64,000 bases of DNA from an uncultured candidate division Zixibacteria bacterium (GTDB lineage: Bacteria > Zixibacteria > MSB-5A5 > UBA10806): the NCBI GenBank assembly GCA_963817915.1, contig CAWFQL010000012.1, positions 64,001 through 128,000 of the forward strand. The letters are read 5' to 3'. Shown piece by piece: positions 39,919 through 49,795 of this stretch; the first letter of the stretch is position 1; every line of letters begins with the position of its first letter. A program made the translations under genes and the position numbers. The notes beneath the pieces were generated by a model. It worked only from the letters and a program-made list of their open reading frames with translations, made no database searches and was not told the DNA's origin.

Positions 39919-40610
39919 TATGCTCTATTTTCTATAAACCTGTAAAACGTCTTTCCTACCTGGATGATATCATCATTCCTAAGCATGCGGCGATCGATAT
40001 CCTCGCCATTTACCTTGGTTTTGCCTTTCTTGCCCAAATTGACCACCCAAAAGCCATCGTCTTCCTGCATAATCTTAGTCTGAATGCCGGATATAAACAT
40101 TCCCTTGGCCTTGATATTCGCCAATGATGATTTTCCGATAGTAACTACGTTTTTGTCGAGGACAAATTGCTCGACCTCTGAGCCTGCTTCGCCCAAAAGC
40201 AGCGAGGTCCCGACTTTGCCGGTAAGCTCTTTATTGCGCTGATCTTTTTCAATCAATTCTCGTTGCTTGCGAGTCTGAAGAACCATGGTACCATCCATCT
40301 CAAATGGCGCATTTTGTTTTTCAGGTATCGGGTGATACACTAGTGTGTATTTTCCGATATTAATTGAATCGTTTTCCTTAAGGATCTCTTCTGAAATACG
40401 GCGAGAATTTACGAATGTGCCATTTAGACTTTCGTTATCGATTATGACCGCCTGATTGTCATTAAATTCAATCTGGGCATGTCTCCGAGATACGCCGCGG
40501 TTATCAAGAGTGATGTCATTATCAGGAGTGCGCCCGATTGTCACCCTTTTCTTTTCAGTGATAAATTTCTCGATGATTTTGTCTTCATATTTGACTATTA
40601 TTTCAGGCAT
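39918..40610 (-). CDS. Tandem FHA-domain protein
   Basis: IGR-VSRRHA-SLNGT (canonical FHA) plus a degenerate second FHA; GGAGGAG SD. Confidence 0.88.
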   Translation of the reverse strand: MPEIIVKYEDKIIEKFITEKKRVTIGRTPDNDITLDNRGVSRRHAQIEFNDNQAVIIDNESLNGTFVNSRRISEEILKENDSINIGKYTLVYHPIPEKQNAPFEMDGTMVLQTRKQRELIEKDQRNKELTGKVGTSLLLGEAGSEVEQFVLDKNVVTIGKSSLANIKAKGMFISGIQTKIMQEDDGFWVVNLGKKGKTKVNGEDIDRRMLRNDDIIQVGKTFYRFIENRA

Positions 40611-40696
40611 AGACTCCTCCCCCAATAGGGCGCGATAGAAATTTGGGCAAACTAACCTTAATTGTCAATCAAATGTTTCTTGAAGCCAGAATCGTC

Positions 40697-40725
40697 TTGC
40701 TGGTCATCCGAGCTTCATGTATATT
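40697..40725 (+). promoter_or_regulatory. Sigma70-type promoter, probably giving a leaderless dusB mRNA
   Basis: TTGCTG-N17-TATATT-N6-ATG(40732). Confidence 0.55.
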
Positions 40726-40731
40726 GTCGGA

Positions 40732-41736
40732 ATGATGCAGCCAAACTTTAAGGATTCCCGGGCAATCATATATGCCCCAATGGCAGGCATAAGCGACTCA
40801 CCGGCAAGAAGAATCGCTCGAAAATTTGGTGCTGATTTCACTTTTTCCGAACTTATTTCGGCAGAAGGTTTTATAAGGGGTGGGCGACAATCCATTAACC
40901 TCGCCAAATTTGATTATACTGAGAGACCAATCGGATTGCAGATTTTTGGTTCCAATCCGGAATCTATGTCTTTGGCAGCCAGAATCTTAGCTCAGCAGAA
41001 CCCGACTTTTATCGATATAAACTTTGGCTGTCCGGCCCGCAAAGTGGTCGATAAAAATGGCGGCAGTTCAGTTTTGAAAAATCTAGAACTCCTGAAAGAG
41101 ATAGTAGACAAGGTAATTTCGGCGGTCAAAATCCCCGTAACTGTTAAAATGCGTGCGGGTTGGGATGACGATTCGATCGTTCACCTAAAGGCTGGGGAGA
41201 TAATTGAATCGTGTGGGGCATCGGCAATTGCTCTTCACCCAAGAACCAGGGCGCAGGGATTTTCAGGGAAAGCCGATTGGTCGTTGATTAGAGAATTGAA
41301 GAATGCGGTCAAAATCCCTGTAATCGGAAATGGCGATATTGCAGGCCCGGAAGATGCATTAAGGATGTTCAATGAGACCGGATGCGACGCCGTCATGATT
41401 GGACGGGCTTCTATTGGCAATCCATGGATCTTCAATCAGATAAAATTCTATCTAAAGAATGGTGAATTACTTCCTGCGCCCAGTCCCAGAGAGAGGATTG
41501 AAATGGCGTTCGAGCATCTCGAAATGCTGATAGATGAAATCGGTATCATGCCGGCTATTTATAAAATGAGAACTCATTTTTGCTGGTATATGAAGGGCTT
41601 GCCGCAGATTTCCTCGGTACGAGCCAAGCTGGTGCGTTTGAATGAAGCCAACGAGATCAGGAGTCTTTTATTGGAATATCTCGATAAGCTTGAAACCATA
41701 GCAAGCTCAGAAGATCAAGAACTTGTCGCCGGATAA
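40732..41736 (+). CDS. dusB: tRNA-dihydrouridine synthase B
   Basis: APMAG, DINFGCP, TVKMRAGW, HPRT, GNGDI, MIGR-GNPW. Confidence 0.93.
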   Translation: MMQPNFKDSRAIIYAPMAGISDSPARRIARKFGADFTFSELISAEGFIRGGRQSINLAKFDYTERPIGLQIFGSNPESMSLAARILAQQNPTFIDINFGCPARKVVDKNGGSSVLKNLELLKEIVDKVISAVKIPVTVKMRAGWDDDSIVHLKAGEIIESCGASAIALHPRTRAQGFSGKADWSLIRELKNAVKIPVIGNGDIAGPEDALRMFNETGCDAVMIGRASIGNPWIFNQIKFYLKNGELLPAPSPRERIEMAFEHLEMLIDEIGIMPAIYKMRTHFCWYMKGLPQISSVRAKLVRLNEANEIRSLLLEYLDKLETIASSEDQELVAG

Positions 41737-41767
41737 ATCATAGATACTGCCAGAGACCAACTATATA

Positions 41768-42520
41768 ATGAATCAAAACAATGTGAAAAAAATTCTCGAT
41801 AGTGTTGCCAATGGCAAATTGTCAGTGGAAAATGCTATCAAGAAATTATCGATAATATCATTTGATGATATAGGTTTTGCCAAGCTCGACCATCACAGGC
41901 TTATGAGAACAGGTATCCCGGAAGTCATTTTTGCCCCGGGGAAGACCGACGATCAGATCGTAAAAATCGTGGGGAAGATGATCGATGCCGGTTCTGATAT
42001 TATTATTTCGAGGGCCGAAAAATCGATATTCATCAAACTTCGCACCAAATTCAAAGGATTATCGTATAACGAGACAGCAAAAATGATTCTGAGAATGCCG
42101 AAGAAAAAGAAGCAATTGGATAAGCATATTGTTGCTGTTATAACGGCAGGGACGTCTGATATAAGGGTGGCGGAAGAGGCCGCGGTGACATTGGACGCGT
42201 TCGGCGCGAGAGTGGAAAGGATTTTCGATGTTGGAGTCGCGGGTATTCATAGGCTTTTCGCGCAGAGCGATAAAATCCGCGAGGCCGATGTTATTATTGT
42301 TGTCGCTGGCATGGAGGGCGCGTTGGCTTCGGTTGTTGGCGGGCTGGTTACCGCACCTGTTATCGCGGTGCCGACATCGGTAGGCTACGGGGCATCTTTC
42401 GGGGGGCTGGCGGCGCTTTTGGCAATGCTGAATTCGTGCGCGCCTGGTGTAACAGTGGTCAATATCGATAATGGATTCGGGGCTGCCATGGCTGCATTGA
42501 AAATGGCTAAGATTAGATAA
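41768..42520 (+). CDS. larB: Nickel-pincer cofactor biosynthesis protein LarB
   Basis: PEVIF, AGTSD, DVGVAGIHRL, AGMEGAL, PTSVGYG, NSCA, NIDNGFGA. Confidence 0.95.
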   Translation: MNQNNVKKILDSVANGKLSVENAIKKLSIISFDDIGFAKLDHHRLMRTGIPEVIFAPGKTDDQIVKIVGKMIDAGSDIIISRAEKSIFIKLRTKFKGLSYNETAKMILRMPKKKKQLDKHIVAVITAGTSDIRVAEEAAVTLDAFGARVERIFDVGVAGIHRLFAQSDKIREADVIIVVAGMEGALASVVGGLVTAPVIAVPTSVGYGASFGGLAALLAMLNSCAPGVTVVNIDNGFGAAMAALKMAKIR

Positions 42521-42521
42521 T

Positions 42522-43682
42522 ATGAAGATCGCGTATTTCGATTGTTTCTCAGGGATAGCGGGCGATATGATAATCGGCGCCTTGCTTGACTCCGGCCTGC
42601 CATTCGATGATTTCAAATTGCAAATCTCCAAATTAAATCTAAGCGGATATGAATTATCCAGCCAGAAAGTGACTCGCAATCATATTTCAGCGACCCAATT
42701 CAATGTGAAGGTCATAGAAAAACAGCCGCATCGCAGCCTTGCCGAAATCGAAGATATAATATCTAAATCCAAGTTGGAGGATGCCGTTAAAGCGGATTCA
42801 ATCAAAATATTCCAACGTCTCGGCGAAGCGGAAGCAAAAGCGCACGGGGAGCCAATCGATAAAGTTCATTTCCATGAGGTTGGCGCTGTAGACGCCATAA
42901 TCGATATTTGCGGGGCAGTTTTGGGTTTGCGAAAGCTCGGGATCGAAAAGATATATTCATCGCCATTATCATTGGGAAGCGGCATGATAAATACCGATCA
43001 CGGCTTGATGCCTATCCCTGCGCCGGCGACTGCGGAATTAATAAAGGGCATACCCTCGAAGATAACCGATATAACAGGCGAATTAACCACGCCGACCGGT
43101 GCGGCGATTATAACGACATTAGCGAAATTCGAAGACCCCGGCGTTTTCAATATTCAAAGTACCGGATATGGAGCCGGAGGCAGGGAGCTGAAAGAAATTC
43201 CGAATCTCTTGAGAGTTAATATCGGCGAAAGTTTAGCCGATTTTGAATATGATTCCGTAACGATGATGGAGACAAATCTTGACCGGGTTACTGCCGAAAA
43301 TCTTGGGGGATTGATAAGTGAGCTGATGCGCGCCGGGGCTCTCGATGTCTATATTACCCCTATAGTAATGAAAAAAAACCGGCCGGGTCATCTTCTTTCA
43401 GTCTTGTGCGAGAACGATAAAAAAGATAAATTGGCCAAAATGATTTTTCATTCGGGCAAGACACTCGGAATAAGGACAGATTCGACAAACAGGATAAAAT
43501 TGGCACGGCAGGAAAGATCAGTCAATATTAATGGCGCTGAAATAAATATTAAAATTGCAAAATTAGATTCACAATCAATAATATTCGCGGAATATGACGA
43601 TATGGTAAAGGCAATGGAAAAACTTAGTAAAAGTTATGATGAAATTTATTGTGAGATACTACGCTCCGTGGGAAAGGATTAA
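42522..43682 (+). CDS. larC: Nickel-pincer cofactor nickel insertase LarC
   Basis: DCFSGIAGDM, VHFHEVGAVDAIIDI, PAPAT, ELTTPTGAA, MKKNRPG. Confidence 0.95.
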   Translation: MKIAYFDCFSGIAGDMIIGALLDSGLPFDDFKLQISKLNLSGYELSSQKVTRNHISATQFNVKVIEKQPHRSLAEIEDIISKSKLEDAVKADSIKIFQRLGEAEAKAHGEPIDKVHFHEVGAVDAIIDICGAVLGLRKLGIEKIYSSPLSLGSGMINTDHGLMPIPAPATAELIKGIPSKITDITGELTTPTGAAIITTLAKFEDPGVFNIQSTGYGAGGRELKEIPNLLRVNIGESLADFEYDSVTMMETNLDRVTAENLGGLISELMRAGALDVYITPIVMKKNRPGHLLSVLCENDKKDKLAKMIFHSGKTLGIRTDSTNRIKLARQERSVNINGAEINIKIAKLDSQSIIFAEYDDMVKAMEKLSKSYDEIYCEILRSVGKD

Positions 43683-43685
43683 GGA

Positions 43686-44678
43686 ATGGCTAACGGGATA
43701 AGGATTTTGACATTTGCGGAGATAAAGGATGGCAAATTAGCGCCGGTTTCCAGAGAGGCTGTTGGAATCGCGCGAAAGATGGCGGATGAAAAATCAGGAA
43801 TGGTAATTTCGGTTTTAATTGGCGATCGTATAGCGTCCATGGCCGACAACTTGATAAGGCTCGGCGCTGATAAGGTAATAATTTGCGAATCACTGCAATT
43901 GGCGGATTTTGTAGATGAGTCTTACTGCAAGATAATGGAAGATGCCATAGCAACCGAAAATGCCACTGTAATTCTCGGCGGGGCGACATTCACCGGGAAA
44001 TTCCTGTTTGGCCGTCTCGCCGCGAGACTATCATCTGGGCTGGCCGCCGATATTACGGCATTGGAGTGGGATAACAATAACATACTCGCGACCCGGCCCG
44101 CATATGGGGGCAAGGCGATCCTGAAAGTTTCGCCGGTTGGCCCCGGCCCGCAAATGGCAACCTTAAGACCCAAGGCATTCCCGGAGCCCGCATCGGAACC
44201 ATCGAGGACAGGGGAGAAGGTCAATTTGGTATTCGACGAGACCAAGTTCGGAGCAAGAACCAAAATCCTTCAAAGCGTTTCCGAGCAGGGAAACGAAATC
44301 AGTTTGACCGATGCCGATATAATTGTATCCGGCGGACGGGGCCTGCGCGCGCCCGAAAATTTCAAATTGGTTCGTGATCTTGCAAACGCGCTTGGCGCCG
44401 CGGTAGGAGCATCGAGAGCCACGGTCGATGCCGGCTGGATTCCTTACGCGTACCAGGTAGGACAAACAGGTAAAACAGTTAACCCCAAGCTGTATGTCGC
44501 CTGCGGTATTTCCGGAGCGATTCAACATCTGGTGGGTATGCAATCATCCAAAACTATCGTGGCAATCAATCGTGATGAAGAAGCGCCGATTTTTAAAGTA
44601 GCGACTTACGGAATTGTCGGGGATATATTTGAAATCCTGCCGAAGCTGACTGAAAAAATCAGACAGAAATCGGCATAG
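43686..44678 (+). CDS. etfA: Electron transfer flavoprotein alpha subunit
   Basis: RPAYGG, VSGGRG, GASRA, QVGQTGK, GISGAIQH. Confidence 0.95.
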   Translation: MANGIRILTFAEIKDGKLAPVSREAVGIARKMADEKSGMVISVLIGDRIASMADNLIRLGADKVIICESLQLADFVDESYCKIMEDAIATENATVILGGATFTGKFLFGRLAARLSSGLAADITALEWDNNNILATRPAYGGKAILKVSPVGPGPQMATLRPKAFPEPASEPSRTGEKVNLVFDETKFGARTKILQSVSEQGNEISLTDADIIVSGGRGLRAPENFKLVRDLANALGAAVGASRATVDAGWIPYAYQVGQTGKTVNPKLYVACGISGAIQHLVGMQSSKTIVAINRDEEAPIFKVATYGIVGDIFEILPKLTEKIRQKSA

Positions 44679-44710
44679 ATTTTCATCGCTCATATTAATA
44701 GGAGTTAAAT

Positions 44711-45376
44711 ATGCCCGAAGCGACATTAGCGATTCTCCTCTGGACAGCGGTATCGATAGGGTTTATTCACACTCTTATTGGCCCCGACCATTATTTGCCG
44801 TTTATAGTGATCGGCAAGGCGCGTAATTGGACCATAACCAAGACTTTGTTTATAACATTCTTATGTGGTATCGGTCATGTGCTATCATCGGTGCTGATTG
44901 GCGCGATCGGTATCGCCATTGGGAGCGCCATCGGCGATCTCCAATCTATAGAGAAAGTCCGCGGAGATATTGCCAGCTATTCGCTGATCGGTTTTGGAAT
45001 TGCCTACGGAATTTGGGGATTGTGGAGAGCGCGAAAAAGCCACGGTCACAGCCATCTGCCCGGCGGTAAACATTTGAATCAGGAAAATGCGCGATCAGTC
45101 ACTTTTTGGACATTGTTTATTGTTTTTGTTCTCGGACCATGCGAGCCATTGATACCGTTGCTGATGTTTCCGGCGGTCAAACATGACTGGCATGGTGTTG
45201 TCGTGGTTACGTTGGCGTTCGGCATAGTCACTATTGGCACAATGTGCGTAATTGTTTATTCGGCGGCCAGGGGACTCGCGACGTTAAAAACACAACTGAT
45301 GGAAAAATATGTACATGCCATGGCAGGCGGTATAATCGCTCTTTCCGGGATGGCGATAAAAATATTTGGGATTTAG
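44711..45376 (+). CDS. Putative Ni/Co transporter (UreH/RcnA-like)
   Basis: HTLIGPDH, GIGH, HGHSH loop, GPCEP; about 6 TM segments; near larBC. Confidence 0.75.
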   Translation: MPEATLAILLWTAVSIGFIHTLIGPDHYLPFIVIGKARNWTITKTLFITFLCGIGHVLSSVLIGAIGIAIGSAIGDLQSIEKVRGDIASYSLIGFGIAYGIWGLWRARKSHGHSHLPGGKHLNQENARSVTFWTLFIVFVLGPCEPLIPLLMFPAVKHDWHGVVVVTLAFGIVTIGTMCVIVYSAARGLATLKTQLMEKYVHAMAGGIIALSGMAIKIFGI

Positions 45377-45460
45377 AAATTATTTCGAAATGAATAAATG
45401 AATAGACAATTATATCGAGGATTATGCATTATCAGAGTAAATGATAATGAAAGGGATTAG

Positions 45461-46927
45461 ATGAAATCAAGAATATCGGTATTATGTGCCTCTCTTATTT
45501 TAGTAATATCATTGTCAATTTCGGCGGCCCCGAATATTGATTCTACGAGATTCGATCCGCTGATTAAGACACAATGGTACGGCATGTATATGCAAGGGGG
45601 TAAGGTTGGATATGTTCAGATAGGTCTTGATAAGATTAATTCTCCGATAAGCGGTTGGTGTTATAAAACCATTATGACGATTGAAACCAAAATGGGAGAT
45701 ACATCGGTCAAAATGGTCACCAACGACTCCAGGTTCTATCGATCGCCCGGCGGAGAACTCGACTCGTCCTACCTCATTATTTCCAGCCCCACTGGAGATA
45801 ATAATGTTATTGGAAGGAGAGATGGCGAATCATTTAAAGTCGTTTCGAATATCGGGGGGCAGACAAAAGAAAAATCATTTAATTATCCGATGGATTTCCT
45901 CGATAGCACCACATTCCTGGAATTGAAAATCCTTAACGGCCAGATATCGGTCGGCGATAGTTTTAGTTTCTCGAACTTCGAGCCCACGCCGCCATTGACT
46001 GGAATTATTCATCAGAAAGCTAAGGTAAAATCCAGGGATGAATTTGTATTTAACGGCGTTCCGACGGAGGTTTTGACAATCTCCGGGTACATTCCTGAAT
46101 TGGGAGTAACCGTCGAGACAAAAGTTGATCGAAACGGCAATCAGCTGGAAAATACTTTGGGCCAGGGAATCATGCTAAAACTTGAATCAGAGACGCAAGC
46201 AAAACAACTGGATAATACATTCGATTTGCTATCCAATAGTCTCGTTAAAGCGGATAAGAAAATTGATGATCCGAAGGCGCTTAAATCTATGAGAATAAAA
46301 CTCAGCGGGATTTCGTCGAACGATATAATTCAAACGGACATGCAAAAGAAGAGAACTGATAAATCAGGCGGTCTGATATTGACAATTAAAGCTCGTCAAC
46401 TGCCGCCCAGCGCTATCAAAATACCGATTAAATCAAAAGTGTTTTTGCCTGATTTAGCAGCGGATCCCCTGATTCAATCTGATGATCCCCAGATTATCGC
46501 TCTGGCCAAGCAAATTATCGGCGACGAAACGAATGCATGGCATGTCGCCCAAATGATAAACAAATGGGTTTTTGAAAATATCGACAAGCAGTTCACTCCG
46601 GATTTCTCCAACGCACTTCAGACATTGCATTCCAAACGAGGCGATTGCGGAGAGCATTCAGCATTAATGGTTGCTCTGTTGAGGGCAGTAGGCATTCCCT
46701 CCCATGTTGTTGCGGGGTTGATCTATTGGCCGCCAGGAAATGGTTTCGGATATCATGCCTGGGTCGAGGCTTATGTCGGTCACTGGAGGCAACTGGATCC
46801 AACATGGAATGAGGATTTTCCGAATCCCACTCATATCGCATTGGCCCGCGGCGATATCATAAATCAAGCTATGGTCATTGGAAAGGCCATGGGTAATTTG
46901 AAAATAGAAATTCTGGGAACGGAATAA
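45461..46927 (+). CDS. Secreted transglutaminase-like domain protein
   Basis: Signal peptide; GDCGEH, YHAWVE, DPT. Confidence 0.88.
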   Translation: MKSRISVLCASLILVISLSISAAPNIDSTRFDPLIKTQWYGMYMQGGKVGYVQIGLDKINSPISGWCYKTIMTIETKMGDTSVKMVTNDSRFYRSPGGELDSSYLIISSPTGDNNVIGRRDGESFKVVSNIGGQTKEKSFNYPMDFLDSTTFLELKILNGQISVGDSFSFSNFEPTPPLTGIIHQKAKVKSRDEFVFNGVPTEVLTISGYIPELGVTVETKVDRNGNQLENTLGQGIMLKLESETQAKQLDNTFDLLSNSLVKADKKIDDPKALKSMRIKLSGISSNDIIQTDMQKKRTDKSGGLILTIKARQLPPSAIKIPIKSKVFLPDLAADPLIQSDDPQIIALAKQIIGDETNAWHVAQMINKWVFENIDKQFTPDFSNALQTLHSKRGDCGEHSALMVALLRAVGIPSHVVAGLIYWPPGNGFGYHAWVEAYVGHWRQLDPTWNEDFPNPTHIALARGDIINQAMVIGKAMGNLKIEILGTE

Positions 46928-46951
46928 TACAGGTTTTAAATATTAAAAAGC

Positions 46952-46983
46952 AAAGGCGGCATTCATGAATGCCGCCTTTTTTT
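46952..46983. terminator. Bidirectional terminator (perfect 28-bp palindrome)
   Basis: AAAGGCGGCATTCATGAATGCCGCCTTT plus T-run between convergent genes. Confidence 0.85.
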
Positions 46984-47004
46984 CATTTATCTTCTGAATT
47001 CTGT

Positions 47005-48378
47005 CTACTTATCGTCGACACTTTTTACAGTCACCGGCCCAATAGTTTTCAGCGCTTCTTGTATATCCGACGCCTTTGACACGATACAGAAATCCATGTT
47101 GTCGGGATCGATATATTTTTGAGCGGCCGCAAGAATATCTTTTTTAGTTACCTTCTTGATATTCGCGGTAAAATCCTGAATGTAGGAAACAGGCAAACCA
47201 TAGAGCTTGATTTTCACTATTTCCGATGCCACCCTTGACGGAGTTTCTAGCGACATTGGATAATACCCCGACCAGAAATTGACAGCCTCATTGAATTCCT
47301 GATCCGTTACCTCTGCGGTTCGCATATTCTTGATGACCTCGATGGCCATTTTAATCGCCTTGAGAGTCGAATCGTTTTCTGTGAAGGTATTGCAGTAATA
47401 GGCCGCGGGTAATTTATTCCATTCATTTGTGGTACGGATATCGTAAGTCAGGCCGCCTTCAACACGCACTTTTTCCGTAAGGCGTGAGGTGAATGACGAA
47501 CCCAGAATATAATTCATAAGGAGCAAGCTGTAATAATCAGGACTATTGCGAGTAATCCCGAAATGGCCAAAACGAATATTTGCCTGAGACGCGTCAGGTT
47601 TGTTTATCAATAGAATCTTGTACCCTTTAGGCGCTTCAGTGGAAGGGAAATTGACTGTAGGGATATCGCTTTTGGACCAGTTCTTGAAGGCAGAATTGGC
47701 TTTTTTAATGATATCATCCGGTTTCACGTCACCAGCGACAATAAACATGGCGTTATTGGGATGATAATAATCCTTATAGAATTTCACGATATCGTCGCGC
47801 GTGATTGAATTGACTGTCGCTTCGGTGCCTTCCTGCGGCAGACCGTAGGGATGAGCGCCAAAGAGCATCGAATTAAAACCATTCTCTACGAGGCTGTTAG
47901 CGTCATCCTTCGCCTGGACAATGCCGCTGAGGATTTGATTGCGCAATCTGGAAATTTCCGTCGTATCGAAAACAGGGTTTTGAACAATATCCGCAAGTAG
48001 ACTAAGGCCAACATCAAAGTGCTTCAATAACACACTTGCGCTGGCGGCAGTGTAGTCGCGATTCGATGAAGCGTCGAGCGAGCCGCCGACAAAATCGATT
48101 GCCTCGGATATTTCCACGGCGTTTTTGGTTTTCGTACCTTTGCGCAGCATTCCGGCAGTGAAATCCGCCAATCCCGCCTTGCCTGCAGGATTGAATGACG
48201 AACCGGATTTTATTACTACCTGCATTGCCACGATCGGCAATTCATGATTTTCGATTATGATTACGTTAAGACCATTATCAAGAGTCTTTTCCGTAATCGG
48301 GGGGAGTTTGAGATCGCCAGCAAGAGCCAGAGAAAATCCGAAGGCGATCATTATCATGATAATAATATTCTTCTTCAT
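47005..48378 (-). CDS. M16B peptidase, non-catalytic subunit
   Basis: Signal peptide; HXXEH is absent (ADFTA); SRL-VRVEGGLTY. Confidence 0.88.
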   Translation of the reverse strand: MKKNIIIMIMIAFGFSLALAGDLKLPPITEKTLDNGLNVIIIENHELPIVAMQVVIKSGSSFNPAGKAGLADFTAGMLRKGTKTKNAVEISEAIDFVGGSLDASSNRDYTAASASVLLKHFDVGLSLLADIVQNPVFDTTEISRLRNQILSGIVQAKDDANSLVENGFNSMLFGAHPYGLPQEGTEATVNSITRDDIVKFYKDYYHPNNAMFIVAGDVKPDDIIKKANSAFKNWSKSDIPTVNFPSTEAPKGYKILLINKPDASQANIRFGHFGITRNSPDYYSLLLMNYILGSSFTSRLTEKVRVEGGLTYDIRTTNEWNKLPAAYYCNTFTENDSTLKAIKMAIEVIKNMRTAEVTDQEFNEAVNFWSGYYPMSLETPSRVASEIVKIKLYGLPVSYIQDFTANIKKVTKKDILAAAQKYIDPDNMDFCIVSKASDIQEALKTIGPVTVKSVDDK

Positions 48379-48391
48379 ATTGCCATTCTCC

Positions 48392-49732
48392 TTAATTCTG
48401 GCTGGTAGGCGGTTGCTGTTTGGGTTTCTCCGGAATCAAATTTATCACGGTGCGATTCCAGTCAGAAAGATACTTATTCGCCGCCTTCATTACATCCTGT
48501 GCGGTTACGGCCTGAATTTTATCGGGATAATTATAGATATTCATATAATCTTCGGTATCTATCTGGAACGATCCCACGGAGCTTGCGCGATCTTCATTGG
48601 ACTGCAGACCCATAATGAATTCCGCTTCCATCTGGTTTTTCGCTTTTTGAAGTTCATTTTCGGAAATCGGCTCTGTCTTAAGCTTGTCTATCTCTTCGAA
48701 CATTTCCTTTTTGATATCATCCATGCTTACGCCGGGATTGGCTTGAGACATCACATAAAACAACGCCGGGTCATGATGTTCAGCAGCTTCGCCTTCTACG
48801 AATAAGGCTTTTTGCTCTTGATATACAAGACGATGGTAGAGTCTCGATGATTCGCCGTTAAAAAGCACTCTGGCAGCAATCTTCAATGGCACGATATCCG
48901 GATCGGTAGCCGCTGGAATCTTATAACCGGCAATCACGGCAGGCAATTGAGCAGTTCTGTGAAAATCGATTCTCTTTTCGCCCTTTTGTTCTGGCTCGAC
49001 TGTTTTCACGGTCGGCAGCGGAGTTGTAGTTTTGATTGAGGCATAGTATTTCTTAACAATATTCATTGTTTCTTTAGGATCGATATCGCCTGCGATCACG
49101 AGGAAGCTATTGTTGGGCGAGTATTGCGTATTGTAGTAATTTAAACAATCGGCCAACGAAAGATTTTTAATGTCGGACAAAAATCCGATTGGCAGCCATC
49201 TATATGGCTGTGCAACGAATGCATTATTGAAAAGCATCTCGTACATCGCGCCGAATGGCGAATTCTCGAAACGCCAGAGCCTTTCGTTGACAACAACATT
49301 TCGCTCGGAGGTTACATTCTCCTCATTGATCTTAAGGTTTCTGGAACGATCGGCCTCAAGTGATAGCGCGATTTCAAGTTTGTCACTCGGCATCACTTCG
49401 TAGAATGTCGTATTGTCGAATGAAGTCCAGGCGTTGTTAATTCCGCCATTGCCATTGACGAGACGATCGAAGACATCTTTAGGATATTTTTCTGTTCCCT
49501 TGAACATCATGTGCTCGAATAGATGAGAAATGCCGGTAATTCCCGGGCGTTCATTGCGGCTCCCGGTCTTATACCATACTTGCACAGTTACCGACGGGCA
49601 GGAATGGTCCGGAATCATAACGACCATCAGGCCGTTATCGAGCTGCTGTTTCTCTATCGGGAACGCCAGCTCGCCCGCGAATGCCGTCGCTGTAATCAAA
49701 AGCAATGCTAACATCACGGTACAATATTTCAT
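48392..49732 (-). CDS. M16B zinc peptidase, catalytic subunit
   Basis: HLFEH motif, NAWT, ER-VV-E; GGAGG SD and signal peptide. Confidence 0.92.
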   Translation of the reverse strand: MKYCTVMLALLLITATAFAGELAFPIEKQQLDNGLMVVMIPDHSCPSVTVQVWYKTGSRNERPGITGISHLFEHMMFKGTEKYPKDVFDRLVNGNGGINNAWTSFDNTTFYEVMPSDKLEIALSLEADRSRNLKINEENVTSERNVVVNERLWRFENSPFGAMYEMLFNNAFVAQPYRWLPIGFLSDIKNLSLADCLNYYNTQYSPNNSFLVIAGDIDPKETMNIVKKYYASIKTTTPLPTVKTVEPEQKGEKRIDFHRTAQLPAVIAGYKIPAATDPDIVPLKIAARVLFNGESSRLYHRLVYQEQKALFVEGEAAEHHDPALFYVMSQANPGVSMDDIKKEMFEEIDKLKTEPISENELQKAKNQMEAEFIMGLQSNEDRASSVGSFQIDTEDYMNIYNYPDKIQAVTAQDVMKAANKYLSDWNRTVINLIPEKPKQQPPTSQN

Positions 49733-49795
49733 TGTTCCTCCAAACAAAATCTAATGGTTTCATATTTCCGCTGCGATTTCATTCGTCTAATCCGA

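Noticed and set aside
42522..43682. LarC1/LarC2 programmed frameshift
   Set aside because: larC is a single continuous ORF here
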